DNA from: Hypanus sabinus
Lineage: Eukaryota
NCBI RefSeq assembly: GCF_030144855.1
Contig: NC_082707.1
Span: 170,376,001 to 170,440,000 of the forward strand
DNA: 64,000 nt
Direction of reading: 5' to 3'
Part shown: one piece after another, positions 38,750 through 51,658 of the stretch
How positions within the stretch are numbered: the first letter of the stretch is position 1
Layout of the letters: the number at the start of each line of letters is the position of its first letter
Notes under the pieces: model-generated
Told to the model about the DNA's origin: nothing
Database searches by the model: none
The model's input: only the letters and a program-made list of their open reading frames with translations
Made by a program: the position numbers and the translations under genes

Positions 38750-39617
38750 CCTCCAAAAGGACCACAACTTTGTCATAGGGGTTGGAGGTTTGTGTGCCTC
38801 AGTGACCTAGAGAGCTATGTTGGCTGGAGTCGGGGCTTGTTGCTTTAATTCTTGGTGGGGTCAACCATCCCAAACAGGTCAAAGGGTAGAGGCCAGACTA
38901 AGAGTGGTTCATCAGTTCTCTAGGTTGGGGGGGAGGGGGTTCAGGTCAGGGCGAACAACTCTAACTAGTCAAAAGAAAAATGATTGTGAAAACAGCAATG
39001 AAAAATCCTTCTATGTCTGTATTTGTGCTACAGTATTCCTGAGTCTGTGTCCGGGACTTGCGTGGCTGACAGATGAAGCTACTGGCATGATGAGGGAAGC
39101 CCTGAACATTGCCAAGACCAAGACCAAAATTGGTTTTTGGATTGTACAAACCATGTACAAGTTAGCACAAATAACTGCAAAACTGCGTCATTATAGCCTA
39201 CATATACTGGGCATTACAGGACAGAATGCTGGTGCATCATAGAGAACATCCTTGCCAAGCTGTTGTCATTCTGCACCTCAAGCCTCTGGAAGATCCTCCG
39301 TATTTTCTGGTCAACAAAGATCTCCTTCAATGTCATCTAGGAGACATGGAAACAATCATCATGAGGAAATGTTGGAGATGGATTGGGCATGTGATGAAGA
39401 GAGGCCAACACTGTCATCAAGGCAGCACTTCACTGGATGTCTGACGAGCAGAGGAAATGCGGGAGATGAAAGAAAACTTGGCACCGTACAGTAGAGGCAG
39501 AAATGAGGACCCTGAACCACATATGGAGCACGTTAGAGAAGGTAGCTAAGGATAGACAGAGAAGGAGGACCTTCATTTCTGCCCCAAGCACCAGAGGCGT
39601 AATGGGCAGTAAGTAAG
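38750..39617 (+). mobile_element. Internally deleted RTE LINE (5' UTR plus endonuclease N-terminus fused to C-terminus and tail)
   Basis: TKIGFWIVQTMYKLAQITAKLRHYSLHILGI (APE start) is joined directly to NKDLLQC..IIMRKCWRWIGHVM (RTE C-terminus); (TAAG)n tail; degenerate TSD TTATATATCACAT/TTATTTGTCGCAT. Confidence 0.85.
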
Positions 39618-39885
39618 TTATTTGTCGCATATATGTTGAAAAATGGAATGAAATGCACCATTTGCATCAAATCAAATCAGCGAGGAATGTGCTGGGCAGC
39701 CCACAAGTGTCACCACATTTCTGGCCCACAACTCACTAATCCTAACCACATGTCTTTGGAATGTGGGAGGAAAGCAGAGCACCTAGAAGAATTGCTTGTG
39801 GTTACAGACAAGCTCCCCATAGACAGCGGCGGGAATTGAACCTGATCTCACAGCTGTAAAGCATTGTGCTCACCACTGCGCTAAG
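39618..39885 (-). mobile_element. tRNA-derived SINE (tail split by the RTE insertion)
   Basis: GTCTTTGGAATGTGGGAGGAAAGCAGAGCACC...GACAGCGGCGGGAATTGAACC (reverse B-box). Confidence 0.75.
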
Positions 39886-40174
39886 ATGGCAGTACGGGAT
39901 CAAAGTGGTCCTAGTGCTCGAGTTAGAGACAATATGGAGCTTATCAATTTATTCACAAAACAGAATTGATTTGATGAGTGGAGGGGAAATAAATTATGAT
40001 TGGAAAATACAGTAACTTCTTCCAATACAAACAGAGTTACTTTTTCTCAGGTGGCACTGCAGGTTGTGCTGCCACTAGTGACTCAGGTTCAGTCCTGATC
40101 TCTGATGTCTGTGTGCAGTTTCCATATTCTCCCTTTGATTGTATAGGTTTCCTCTCACATCTAGAAAACATGTA

Positions 40175-40314
40175 CACACACAAAATGCTGGTAGAACACA
40201 GAAGGCGAGGCAGCATCAGGTTAGGACAAAGGGTCTCGGCCCGAAACGTCGACATCGCTTCTCCCTATAGATGCTGCCTAGCCTGATAGGTTCCTCCAGC
40301 ATTTTGTGTGTGTG
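40175..40314. mobile_element. PLE-terminus fold-back mini-element inside a degraded SINE
   Basis: ACACACAAAATGCTGG...GGCAGCATC and GATGCTGCC...CCAGCATTTTGTGTGT arms enclose the hammerhead 3' half GGGTCTCGGCCCGAAACGTCGAC. Confidence 0.8.
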
Positions 40315-40319
40315 GCCTA

Positions 40320-42725
40320 TAATTTCCTTTCTTCTGCCTTTCTCCCATCTTCAAGAGTAGAGTTACATTTGTAGTTTTCCACTCCTCGAGAACCATTCCA
40401 GAATCTGGTGATTCTTGGAAGAGCATTACGAATGCCTCCACAATTTTTTCAGCTGCTCTTTCAGAGCCCTGGGGTGTACTCTGTCTGGTCTAGGTGACTT
40501 TTTGGCCTTCAGACCTTTCCGCTTACCAAGCACTGTCTCCTCAGGCATAGCAACTACACTCATTTCTACTCCCACTCTCAAATTTCTGGCATATTGAAAG
40601 TGCCATTCAGTGTGAAGACTAATACAAAATCAAAATACCAATGAAGTTTGTCTGCCATTTCCTTGTATCCTGTTGCTATCTCTCCAGCATCATTTCCCAC
40701 TGGTCCTTGCCTCTTGCCTCTTTTCTTACTCTTTATATATCTGAGAAAAACTTCTGATATCCTCTTTTATATATTTGGCTGGATTACCTTTATATTTCAT
40801 CTTTTCTTTCTTTATGGCTTTTTTAGTTGTCTTCCGTTGGTTTTTAAAAGCTTCCCAATCCTCTGCCATCCTACTAATTTTTGCTCCATCATTTGCCCTC
40901 TTTTTTGATTTTATGCTGTCTTTGACTCCCCTTGTCAGCCATGGTTGCCTCATCCTTCCTTTTGAATAGTTCATATCTGTCCTGTGCCTTCTGAATTGCT
41001 CCCAGAAACTCAAGCCATTGTTGTTTAGTTGTCTACCCTGATAGTGTCATCTTTCAGCTCCTGTGTCAAGCCTCTGCAATTCTACTTACTCTATTGTAAT
41101 CCTGACACATCTGACTTCAGTTTCCCCCTTTCAAACTGTGGGGTGCATTCTATCATATTATGATCACTGCCTCCTAAGGGTCTCGCTACCCTAAGCTCCC
41201 TAATCAAGTCTGGTTCACTACATAATACACAAGCCAGAATTGCCATTCCCCTAGTGCGGGGGTCGGCAACCCGCGGCTCCGGAGCCACATGTGGCTCTTT
41301 TACGTCTGTGCTGCGGCTCCCTGTTGCTTTGGGAAATAATTGGTCAGTATTTAATTAAAATGTATTTTATGTTAGTTTGTTATTTGAGAGAGTTCAAACA
41401 AGGTCACGACGTGATAAATTCGGAGTATTTACATTCTGCAATCATCGCAATGCAAACATCGTTTGGGAAACGCTTCTGTGAGTTCAGAGAGGAAAAAAAC
41501 ACATTATCCTTCCTGGTCACTCCCCTAAGCATCGATCCATCCCTACTGAATACGACTGCATTGTCAGGTGTGAGTCAACCTGACCAAGTATGATAAATAT
41601 TTTAATTGCCTATTATTTTACGTATATTCATATGTTTTCATTGTTCAGTGAAATAGTCCTTTTATTTTTCAGGTTGACAGCTGGCTGACGTTATTTTTGG
41701 TTTGCTGCTGGCGGCAAATTTAAGTTTGGCGTTTTTCATAAATACAAGAAGGACTCAAATAGACGTTGAGTATTTTACTTAAAAGTAACCTTCAACCCAA
41801 CGTCTTTTTTTCGGAGTTCAAAATGTTTTTGTTGCATGCAGAAATGTAATTTCGTTTTCTCTGCAGGAGTTCATCAATTTCATAAATGCAACACATTATA
41901 GTTTGTTTATACATAGCATAAAGGCAAAACAAAACGTTGTATGCAGTGTTATTTCATTTTAAATGTCAAACGGGTTTTGCGGCTCCCAGTGTTTTCTTTT
42001 CTGTGGGAAACGGGTCCAAGTGGCTCTTTCAGTGGTAAAGGTTGCTGACCCCTGCCCTAGTGGGTTCAGCCACAAGCTGTTCTAAAAGGCTATCTCATAG
42101 ACATTCTACAAGTTCCCTCTCATGGGATCTAGTACCAACCTGATTTTCCCACTATCTGCTTATTGAAATTCTCCATGACTATTGTAACATCGTCTTTTTT
42201 AAATGCCTTTTCTATCTCCTATTATAATTTATATCCCACGTTCTGGCTACTTTTCGAAAGCCTGTATATAACTTCCATCAGGGTCTTTTTACCTTTGCCA
42301 TTTCTTAACTTTGCCCACAAGGATTCTACATCTTCTGATCATTTGATACCTCTTTCTAAGGATTTGATTTCATTTTTTACCAACACCCCACCCCCTATGC
42401 CTACCTGCCTGTCCTTTCGTTACAATGTGTATCTTCGGATGTTAAGCTCCGTTTTTTCAGCTATGACTCATTGTGATGCTCACAACGTCAAAATCTCGAA
42501 CTGTGCTACAAGACAATCTACCTTATTCTGCATACTGCATGCATTTGAATATAAAACACTCAGTCTTACATTTGTCTTCCTTTTTGATTGTAACTCACCC
42601 CACAGACTGTAATTATGATCTTATCATCTGCCTGTCCTTCCTCATTGCCTCACTAGACAATGCATTGGCTTGTATACCAACTGTCCTATACCCAGCCCTG
42701 TCACTCTGCTTCCCATCCCCCTGCC
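40320..42725 (-). mobile_element. CR1 LINE endonuclease/linker fragment, interrupted by a hAT element
   Basis: PLGGSDHNMIE (APE SDH motif), QPWLTRGVKDSIKSKKRA; sequence resumes at 42063. Confidence 0.85.
41257..42054 (+). mobile_element. Non-autonomous hAT (Charlie/SPIN-like) DNA transposon with transposase remnant
   Basis: TIRs CGGGGGTCGGCAACC / GGTTGCTGACCCCTG; perfect 8-bp TSD CCCTAGTG (41249-41256, 42055-42062); remnant YLHSAIIAMQTSFGKRFCEF..FLVTPLSID. Confidence 0.92.
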
Positions 42726-43264
42726 ACATGATCATAGAGTACAACGTGCACATAGGCAGCATCTGGAGTCGGAATCCCTGGAGCTGTGCAGTATCAGCTG
42801 ACTCTGGTACAACACTGAGCCACTACATTATTCCTTTCAAATAACAGCCCTTGTGGTCTATTTTAATTTAAACATCATTTGTTGGATGGTAAACAACAAA
42901 CTATCCTGAATGACAATTGTTTTGCCTCTGGACTTTCACTCAGTACATTTGCTTTTCCTTGACACATGTTTGCAATATATTGTATGCATATGATATTCTG
43001 TTGTCTTATAGGGAAACTCTGCAAACCCACCTAACACAACTCATTGAGGCGAATCTCTACCTGAACATCCTACCCTCCAGGAAGAGCGCAGCTGCTCAGA
43101 TTCATCGGTTCCTCACTGAGAAGTTGTGACAGGCGTGTATTCACAAGATAATCCACCGAGGCATCATTAACATTCCATTGCTTCTCTTCCTAAATGTGTA
43201 GAACGACATTTAAAATACGTCATGTAAATGAACTGGGTCAATGTTCCATGATGTTTGAGCAATG

Positions 43265-43718
43265 GACGCCATCACGGACATTTACACTACACGCTGCATC
43301 CGCAAAGGAAACAGCATTATGAAGGACCCCATGTACCCCTCATACAATCTCTTCTCCCTCCTGCCGTTTGGGAAAAGGCTCCGAGGCACCTGGGCTCTCA
43401 CGACCAGACTATGTAACAGTTTCTTCCCCCAAGTTATCAGACTCCTTAATACCCGAAGCCTGGACTGACACCTTGCCCTACTGTCCTGTTTATTATTTAT
43501 TGTAACGCCTGCACTGTTTTTGTGCACTTTATGTAGTCCTGTGTAGGTCTGTAGTCTAGTGTAGCTTTTTCTGTGTTGTCTTTTTTTATTACGTAGTTCG
43601 GTCTAGTTTTTTGTACTATGTCATGTAACACCATGGTCCTGAAAAACGTTGTCTCATTTTTACTATGCACTGTACCAGCAGTTATGGTCGAAATGACAAT
43701 AGAAGTTGACTTGACTTG
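43265..43718 (+). mobile_element. Rex1/Babar 3' fragment, (CTTGA)n-tailed subfamily
   Basis: AITDIYTTRCIRKGNSIMKDPMYPSYNLFSLLP; tail GTTGACTTGACTTGA. Confidence 0.9.
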
Positions 43719-44039
43719 AATGGAATTGTTGAAAGAGGGACAATAAATAAAATGTACAATTCAACCTACATCAGTCAATTTTGTTAATGAGAAATGCTGG
43801 CTCCCAGGTGCTCTCATTTTGGCTACATTTGCACAGGAATCCATTTCTCTTTATTTGCTCAAGGAAGACCACCTTGATCACATATTGATTCACTGTTAAA
43901 TCTCATAACTCTCTTCTCTGAGGAGAACTGTCCATATGTGTAGTGGTACAGCATATTTTTTAAAGGAAAGTGGGAAGAAGAAATATTAAACTAAAACGTA
44001 CAAATAAAAATTGGACCATGGAAGAGAGAGACTAGGATG

Positions 44040-44590
44040 CATGTGTACTTGTCATTGCAGGTGACAAGATAGTTTAGAAGGCTGCCTAAACAAAGTATTG
44101 AGATTTGTTTACCTTTATTAACCATTAAGTGTTGAGCTGCTTAAAGCTCAGTTGGAATGATTTTAAAGTCTGCAGGAAAGTACAGACAAGATGTACCAGA
44201 CTGGTCCTTGGGCTGAGGGACTTCAGTCATGGGGAGAGAGACTGGGCTGCTTTTAGAAATGAAGTGGTTAAAAGAGACTGGTCAGTGAATCAATATTTGT
44301 TTGGGAATAGTTTAGGTGAAAAAGTGTGTTTCCTGTACTAGAAGGAACAGAAGTCAGTGGACATTGTGAGAAATGTACTTGGATTAGCCACTTGTTATGA
44401 TGTGGAGTGCACTGCATGAAAGAGCAATAGATTCAAAAATGTCTTTCAAATTGGTATTTAATGGATAGAAAGATTAATAAAACAGTTACAAAGGAATGAC
44501 TAAAGAGAATAGACATAGGAATAATTTAGTATCTGCATGGGTACCATGGGCTAATTGTTCTTCTAGGATATACTGTTCTATGATTTGATG
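44040..44590 (+). mobile_element. Very old CR1-like 3' fragment
   Basis: KVQTRCTRLVLGLRDFSHGER resembles the CR1 RVQRRFTRMIPG.KGLSYEER segment. Confidence 0.5.
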
Positions 44591-45592
44591 ATTCCTAAAG
44601 ATTTATAAATCAGAAACTAAAAAAAGGTTTTTAATACATTTATTTTTGAATTATTAATAATTGATACATTTTGCCTTCAGAATTTGCTTCCTCTTTACCT
44701 GTAGAAGATCCTCACAGACCTACAGCATGCTGCTAGTGGCTTTCCATTTTTGGCCCGAATAGCTCGCAGGTTACTGGTTTGAGGAACAGATGGCTGGGAG
44801 GAAAGATTGATCCTCCCAGACATCTGTTCCTCAACCCATTATACTTTAATGCCCTTTGCTGGAGAAGCATTGACTCAGTTTGTACTTATCTTTTTGGCCA
44901 TCTTCAGTCTTGACTTCCAAATGGTAAATCTTGGGCAGGATCTCCCTATATTTCTTCAGCTCTTGTTGGATCTGGTGTCACTTGGTGCTTAGAGAGATGT
45001 GCTGAAGGAGGAAGTATGAAAATAAGTGTTGCCATGGATGGGTGGAACATCCAGACTGGTATTAAGGCATAGAAAGAAGCATAACAGTTCTTCATTTCAA
45101 ATCATTGCAAGTAAATTGATTTACATTGAAGGTATGAATGATAGTGCAAAGGCATTATTTCCAGTTGAATGTGGAAGTGGGCTAGTTTAATAAGAGAATT
45201 CTAAGGTTTGAATGGAAGAGAAAGACTTAGATGGAGGAATCAGGATGGAACAGGCAACAATGGATGTAAGGCTACTGGAGATGGTGGAAGCAAAAATCCA
45301 TTTTTACCTAAGGTGAGGGCATTTGGAACAACCTGGGGCTGAGAAACAACATCCATCTTTTTGATTAAAAGGGCCAAAATTGATTCTGCTTGGAATATCT
45401 AGTGATAATTTCAAGGTAAAAATTTGTCGGTTGTACTGGACACTTCAACTCCTGACCCACATTAATGAGCCCATCCATTTACTGGTGACTGATACACATT
45501 CCATAATATCACCATTTGTATAGTGTCCCTTTATGTCCAGATTAGCACAGTGTGGAGATTTAAATCCAATTTATGGACATTGTTGAACAGCC

Positions 45593-46585
45593 AGAATCAG
45601 GTTGAATATCACTGGCATGTATTGTGAAATTTGTTGTTTTCAGGCAGCAGTACATTGCAATACATAGTAGTAAACTATAAATTATAATAAGAGGTATATA
45701 TAAAAATAAATTATATAAGCAGTGTAAAAAGAAAGGGAAAAATACTGAGTAAGTGTCTGTAGGCTCAGTGTCCATTTAGAAATCTGATGGCAGAGGGGAA
45801 GAAACTGTTCCTGAAATGTTGGGTGTATGTCTTCAGGCTCCTATACCTCCCTTCTGTTGGTAGTAATGAGAAGGGGGCATGTCTTGGATGATGAGAGGTC
45901 CTTAATGATGGATGCTGCCTGTTTTGAGGCATCTCGTTTTGAAGATGGTCTGGATGCTGTGGAGGCTAGTGCTCATGATGGAGCTAGCTGAGTTTACAAC
46001 AGTCTGCAGCTTTTTCCAAACCTGTGCAGTGGTCCCTCCATACCAGACAGTGATGCAATCAGTTAGAATGTTCTCCTTGATACATCTGTAAAAATTTGTA
46101 AATCTCTTTGACTTACCGATTCTCCTCAAATGCCTAGAGAAATACAATGCTGTTGTGCCTTCTTTGCAATTTCATCAATATGCTGGGCCCAGCATAGATA
46201 ATCAGAAATATTGACAACCAGGAGTCTGAAACTGCTCACCAGTTCCACTTCTGATCCCTCAATGAGGACCCATGATTTACCCTTCCTGGTCCAAAATCAA
46301 TTCTTTGAGTAGAAGGTTGTGGCTAGAATACCACTCAACCAGCTGATCTATCTCACTCCTGTATGCCTCTTCATCACCGAGTGAACCAATAATTGTGTCA
46401 TTGGCAAATGTGGGGATGTTGTTTGAGCTGCGCCTAGCCACGTAGTCATGGGTGTAGACAGTAGAGCAGTGGACTAAGCATGCATCCTTGAGGTGCACCA
46501 GTGTTGATTGTCAGTGAGGAGGAGATGTGAATTCCAAACTGCACAGAGTGTGATCTCCTGGTGAGGAAGTCAAGGATCCTGTTAC
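45593..46585 (-). mobile_element. Rex1/Babar RT-to-tail fragment
   Basis: YTHDYVARRSSNNIPTFANDT, NFYRCIKENILTDCITVWYG; CAGAATCAGG tail. Confidence 0.85.
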
Positions 46586-47848
46586 AGTCTCACTTGAACT
46601 AAGAGAACATCATGTTAATCTGTTGGTGATACAAGAAAGAGCAGAATATGAAGCAACCCACAGATTGAAGGCAAACTTCTTGAAGGAACTCAGCAGATTA
46701 GGCAGCACCAATGTAGGGAAATGGACAGTTAACGTCTTGGGTCAAGACGAGCAGCATCGATAAATGCTGAATTCCTTCAGTGCTTTGTAGGTTGCTGCAT
46801 GTTAATTTGTTGGCTTGCTTCTTATGTAAAGGGAAAATTTGCTGAAACTGGGAGAAATCTGGTCTGTAGTTAACGAGTATACTGATAATTGCTAGATGAA
46901 GCATTCCATTTGAAATTAATTCTTTAATAAAGGGAATTGGATTTGTGAATGTTAAAGTATGCACCAAAACACTTCTTACATTTGCTCCTCTGGATGATAT
47001 CAGCAATTCCAAGATGTTCAAATGGAAGAAGCTTCGTTGTGGAGGCATATCAAATAAAGCAGTTTTCCATCTTGAACATACTAAGTACAATGGCAAAATG
47101 GTGAGATGTCATGAACAACTAGATGGGGCACACTCTAACATAAGAGACAATATGAGCAAAATCTTTTACAGTGTCTGTGCAGTGGAAGTATGAAGTAGAT
47201 CATCTTGAAGTAGCAGCATTTGACTGAGGATGAATCAATGAAACAAGCTGGAGTAAATTTGACTCAGCACATGGTTAAGCAGAGAGTCACATACCATGGT
47301 GAAAGAGAGGGTGTACCCTATTTCTTCATGCCTATATCTGATTCTGCTAAAGTTCACATTTAGTGGGAGATTCTGTAAATTGCAGTATTTTGGCAAGCTG
47401 GAAGGTGTTCTTATGGAAGCCTGACTTCAGTGTCCAATGGTCCCCTCTTTTATTCACTCCCTTTAAGATCAGCACCAGCAAAGGGCACTGCAGTTTTCCT
47501 TGGCTACCCAGTTAGTCCTCCTAAACCCATAACTTCTACCACCAAAGACAAAATCTGATAGAATTATTTTCAATTATTTCCAATTATTTTCAGTTTCCCC
47601 TCCAAGTGCCATGCCTTCTAGACTTGGAATTACATCCTAGTTATTTTAGTGTAACTGAGCCGAAGTTAATGAACTCTCAAAACAAAATGTTCACTAGAGT
47701 ACTGCAGTGCTTTCAGGAGGCGGCTCACCACCAGCTTCTCAAGGGTGGGCAATAAATGCTGCTCTTCCTAGCAACTTCAGATGCAGAATAAATAAATTAA
47801 AATGTGCTTGTTGCACATCTTTCTTGTGTCATCACTGAGATTTTAGTG

Positions 47849-47928
47849 CAGGGGTTCCCAACCTGGGTTCCACGGACCCCTCGGTTAATGGTAGGGGCTC
47901 ATGCCATACAAAAAATTGGGAATCCCTG
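47849..47928. mobile_element. 80-bp hAT-type MITE
   Basis: TIRs CAGGGGTTCCCAA / TTGGGAATCCCTG; TSD not conserved. Confidence 0.65.
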
Positions 47929-49961
47929 TTTTTTTTTGTGCTTTTGCTACCAAAGAAATCAGGTAACATTGTTCCAAAATGAGACAGTCAGTGATAACCC
48001 AAGGACTCAATAACTCAATAGCTCATGGTGGAGTGGCGGAGCAGACTCGATGGGCCGAATGGCCTACTTCTGCTCCTTTGTCTTGTGATCTTGTGACTTC
48101 CTGAAATATCATACTTACAAAGGCCTGTGAACTTGATTTGGCAAGGCTGCTATATTTTTTGTTACTAAAATGTACCTGCATTTTGTTGCTCTTTTTCCAC
48201 TTCCGTCAATTCTTAATAACTCTCCATCTCTGATCTTCAGATTCCACTCATCCTCCATCAGGCTTCTGACGCTCTGCTTTCCAACCCCACGTAATCCTTC
48301 CAGCCCCAGTACCAAAATCACCATGTTCTTCTTCTGCAGCGAATGCATTGGCCATCGAATCGCACATTGTTAGTTGGAACCTAGCACAGCCAAGGTTTAT
48401 TGTGATACTTTCATGTTTAAAATGGGCATTGCCAAGCAATGAAATGACCATTTAGTGGACATTATGAGTACGGCCAAATTTCTAGGAAATATGATCTTTA
48501 TAAAAGCTATTTAAACCAGGAAGTGTGGTTTAGCTAACTGCTCAAAATTCCTGCAGAGTTATCATGGTTTGGACTTATTCTGGGTTTCAGTTTTACTATC
48601 AAATGTGTCAAGATTAATGAACTGAAGATCTTGAACTGAGGGAAGAACACAAGGTTGGTGCAATCACCGACAACCAATTCTGAGATGTTGAAAGAGATAG
48701 AATTCAAAAGTGAAATTACTTCTGATTGTTCATTTGCTGAAGTCACTGATTGCATAGGATAGGAACAGAGAGCAGATTGGTTACAAGGAAGGGTGGGGCA
48801 GAAACTGCGAACAGATTAAAGTTGTGAAAGGGTATGTATTCAGTGAAGGCCAGATACTTGCGCTGTTCCGGTTGTGTCACATAAAACTGATTTTGTTTGT
48901 GCTTCCTTCATCAAAATTTGTCCATTAAATTGCTCTAACAATTGTGCAATGTTAACAAAATGAAAGCAGACCCTGTTCAAAACAACCTTACCTTTCCTTC
49001 AACATAGAAGCTCAAGTTGTGTACCACAGCAGCTCTTCATCATGTAGATAGTTGTGTGAGAGTGTAAAGGGAGTTGAATGATTGTGTTTTTGCTTTCAGT
49101 GACAAATCCTACTTACTGGATGTGAAATGCTCCCTTAATAATGTTAAGTATCGATCTGCCTAGGCTTTCATATGGAGCTCAGTTTAGGGCATTTAATAGA
49201 TCTATCAATTACCCACATTGCCTCTGCTGTATGTTTGCCATGTGTACCTGTACTTAAGATATTAAGCCATGTTGAAGGAGCAGTGAAATAGAGTGTTCAA
49301 AGAGAAGAAGATGACTTTATAAAGCATCAGCATGTATCGGCATGTTTGACTTGAAATAGCTTAACTTTCTGGAGCTTCACAAGATGGCAGTGCAGTGCCA
49401 AAATATTGTTTTCCTTAATCTAAAGGCAGCTTACAAAGTTGGAGAAAGATTGCCTCCTGAAGCCAACTTAGTGAGAAGTCAGGATATATTATTCAGTGTT
49501 CAAAATCTACCTTAAAGTTAATGTACATTTAGCTCTTGAAGGGGCTAACTTTGATGCACACCGATGGAGTAATGTACTGGCTTTCTTAAAATCAGTCTGT
49601 TTCCTTGAGCTATGGTTGTCTAGAGGTCAGTATTTTCATCTCATGTGTGATAGTAGTCAGCCTGTCTTATGATCCAGAGAAATAAGAACCAACTTCTCAG
49701 CTTCCATGGCTGCACAACCCAATCAACTCACAGCTCATTGCTATCTGCTCCTCGGCTTGTAAAATCCTGCAATTCTTGGGCTGCTGTCTTCTTTCTCTTA
49801 AAATGATTGTAAGAGAGCCTGGCACAGGTTGATACTATCATTTGTACAGAGATGTATTTCAAAGTCAGAATCAGAATTGGGTTTATAATCACTGACATAT
49901 GTTGTAAAAATTTTTGTTTTGAGGCAGCAGTACAGTGGAATACATAAAATATACTATATAC

Positions 49962-50470
49962 TATTGGGGTGTATGGGCCGGCCAGAGAAGGGTAACACCC
50001 ATGGTAGTGGGCTTGTCGTGCTCCACCCAGGGGCAGAATGTCCACCTACCTTCCACACAGCTCTCACCTGTGGCTCCAAGTAACTGTTTGTATGTGACGG
50101 TGGCCACACCCTAGTACATCGCTTCGATAGGCGGGATAGCCAGGAACCTCCAACCCCGGTGAGATAGGGATAAGCCTCCCCAGTATGTGAAGCCAGTTCT
50201 GGAGGACTGGGCAGATGAGAGCAACTAGGAGATCCAATGGTCAGGGAGGTGGTGCTGCAACGCTTCATGGAAAGCGAAGGGCGTTGCAAGACAGAAGGTG
50301 TTATGGCTCTCCACAGCAGCCAAGGAAGTCTCCGGTTGTGACGATTTTTTGTACCTTTGAATCAAGATTTTTGAGGCTGAGTGAGTGGAAATGCCCCAGG
50401 ACAAAGGCATTTTCTCTATAAACATCTTCCCGCACAGGTTACATCCTTGTCGGAAATGACCGACAAACAA
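49962..50470 (+). mobile_element. RTE-derived non-autonomous element inserted in a Rex1 tail remnant (49862-50500)
   Basis: CAGCTCTCACCTGTGGCTCC...GGCCACACC resembles RTE 5' UTRs; (CAA)-type end; degenerate TSD ACTATATACTA/ACTATAAATTA. Confidence 0.55.
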
Positions 50471-50637
50471 CACTATAAATTACGATAAGATGTATAATAT
50501 AAAGCAATGTACACAAAACTCGGGAGGATCTCAGCAGGCCCGTAGCATCTGTGGAAAGGGGTAAACAGTTGACATTTTGGGCTGAGACCTTTCTTCAGGA
50601 TGGAGTTTTTAAACTTTTTTAATGTGTATATATATAT

Positions 50638-50992
50638 TGTGATGTTTCTGGGATGGATGGGGTGGGTGGCTGACAGCCTGCTCCTGTTTTTCTAATGACT
50701 AGCACTGTTTATTGCTCTTGTGTTCAAATGTTTTTGTGGGATTGTGGTGCAAAATTCCATTTCATTTATTGTTACATTTTAGCTTGTGTCACACAGTCAT
50801 TCACTTGTGCATTTGTGGGTCACACTGACTGTAATCGGGGTGGGTGATGGTCACCTCCCCTGTTGGTGTGAGACAGGCTGGGTTCACTCTCTGGGTCATG
50901 GTGCCCGGTCTGTTTTGTGTTTATCACAATAAAATGGTTGCTGAGGTTAATGAGCTTCCTCGTCTGTCATTATGGACCAAATGCTCGCCATA
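50638..50992 (+). mobile_element. Probable solo LTR
   Basis: TGTGATG...CGCCATA termini (CA decayed to TA), 4-bp TSD ATAT, AATAAA at ~50928. Confidence 0.55.
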
Positions 50993-51334
50993 ATATATTT
51001 AATATATAAATTCAATTTGTAGATCAAAAAGAGTGCCAAAGTAATGAGATTTTTTGGATAGCAAGGTGAGGTGAAACAATGACTATTGCCCAGTTGCACT
51101 CAAATCTACTGTGATGAAATGCTTTGAGAGGTTGGTCATGGCCAGAATCATGTCTTCCTAAGCAAGGACAAGGACCTGCTGCAATTTGCCAATTACCACT
51201 ATGGATGGAAATAACTCAGAAAATGTGTTACTTGGGTGGTTGACAGTAGGGTTGAGTTGTTCTCCAGTTTTGGCAATTCATTTGCAAATGTTTTGTCAAT
51301 GATGTCTGCGAAGAACAAGCAATTCAGGATGTAA

Positions 51335-51445
51335 ACAACAACACACACAAAATGCTGGTAGAACACAGCAGGCCAGGCAGCAACCATAGGGAGAAGCGCT
51401 GTCGATGTTTCATGCTGAGACCCTTCGTCAGGACATAGTCCTGAC
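51335..51445 (-). mobile_element. PLE terminal-repeat fragment with hammerhead motif (51398-51434)
   Basis: Reverse complement reads gtc-CTGACGA-agggtctcagcat-GAAA-catc-gacagc; ends in the palindrome GTCAGGAC-ATA-GTCCTGAC. Confidence 0.8.
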
Positions 51446-51446
51446 T

Positions 51447-51658
51447 ATGTTTTCAACATAGTCCCCTCCTACATTTACACACTTAGTCCAGAGGTCGTGG
51501 AGAATACAGATCTTGGACCTCCAGAAAGTGTCCACAGCAGGGGTGATTGATAAATTTGCGGCCTAAGGTAGAAGAAGATGTTGAAAAATAAATGTGCTAG
51601 GTTTTCTAAAATTGACTCCTTCTACCTTAGGTCACGAACTTATCACTCACCCCTCGTA
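51447..51658. mobile_element. Tc1/mariner non-autonomous remnant
   Basis: Right TIR TTCTACCTTAGGTCACGAACTTATCACTCACCCCTCG followed by TA; inverted internal copy AGGGGTGATTGATAAATTTGCGGCCTAAGGTAGAA at ~51539-51573. Confidence 0.75.

Noticed and set aside
38880-38975. Twister or HDV-like ribozyme in the RTE leader
   Set aside because: Conserved twister core and HDV nested pseudoknot could not be fitted by eye.
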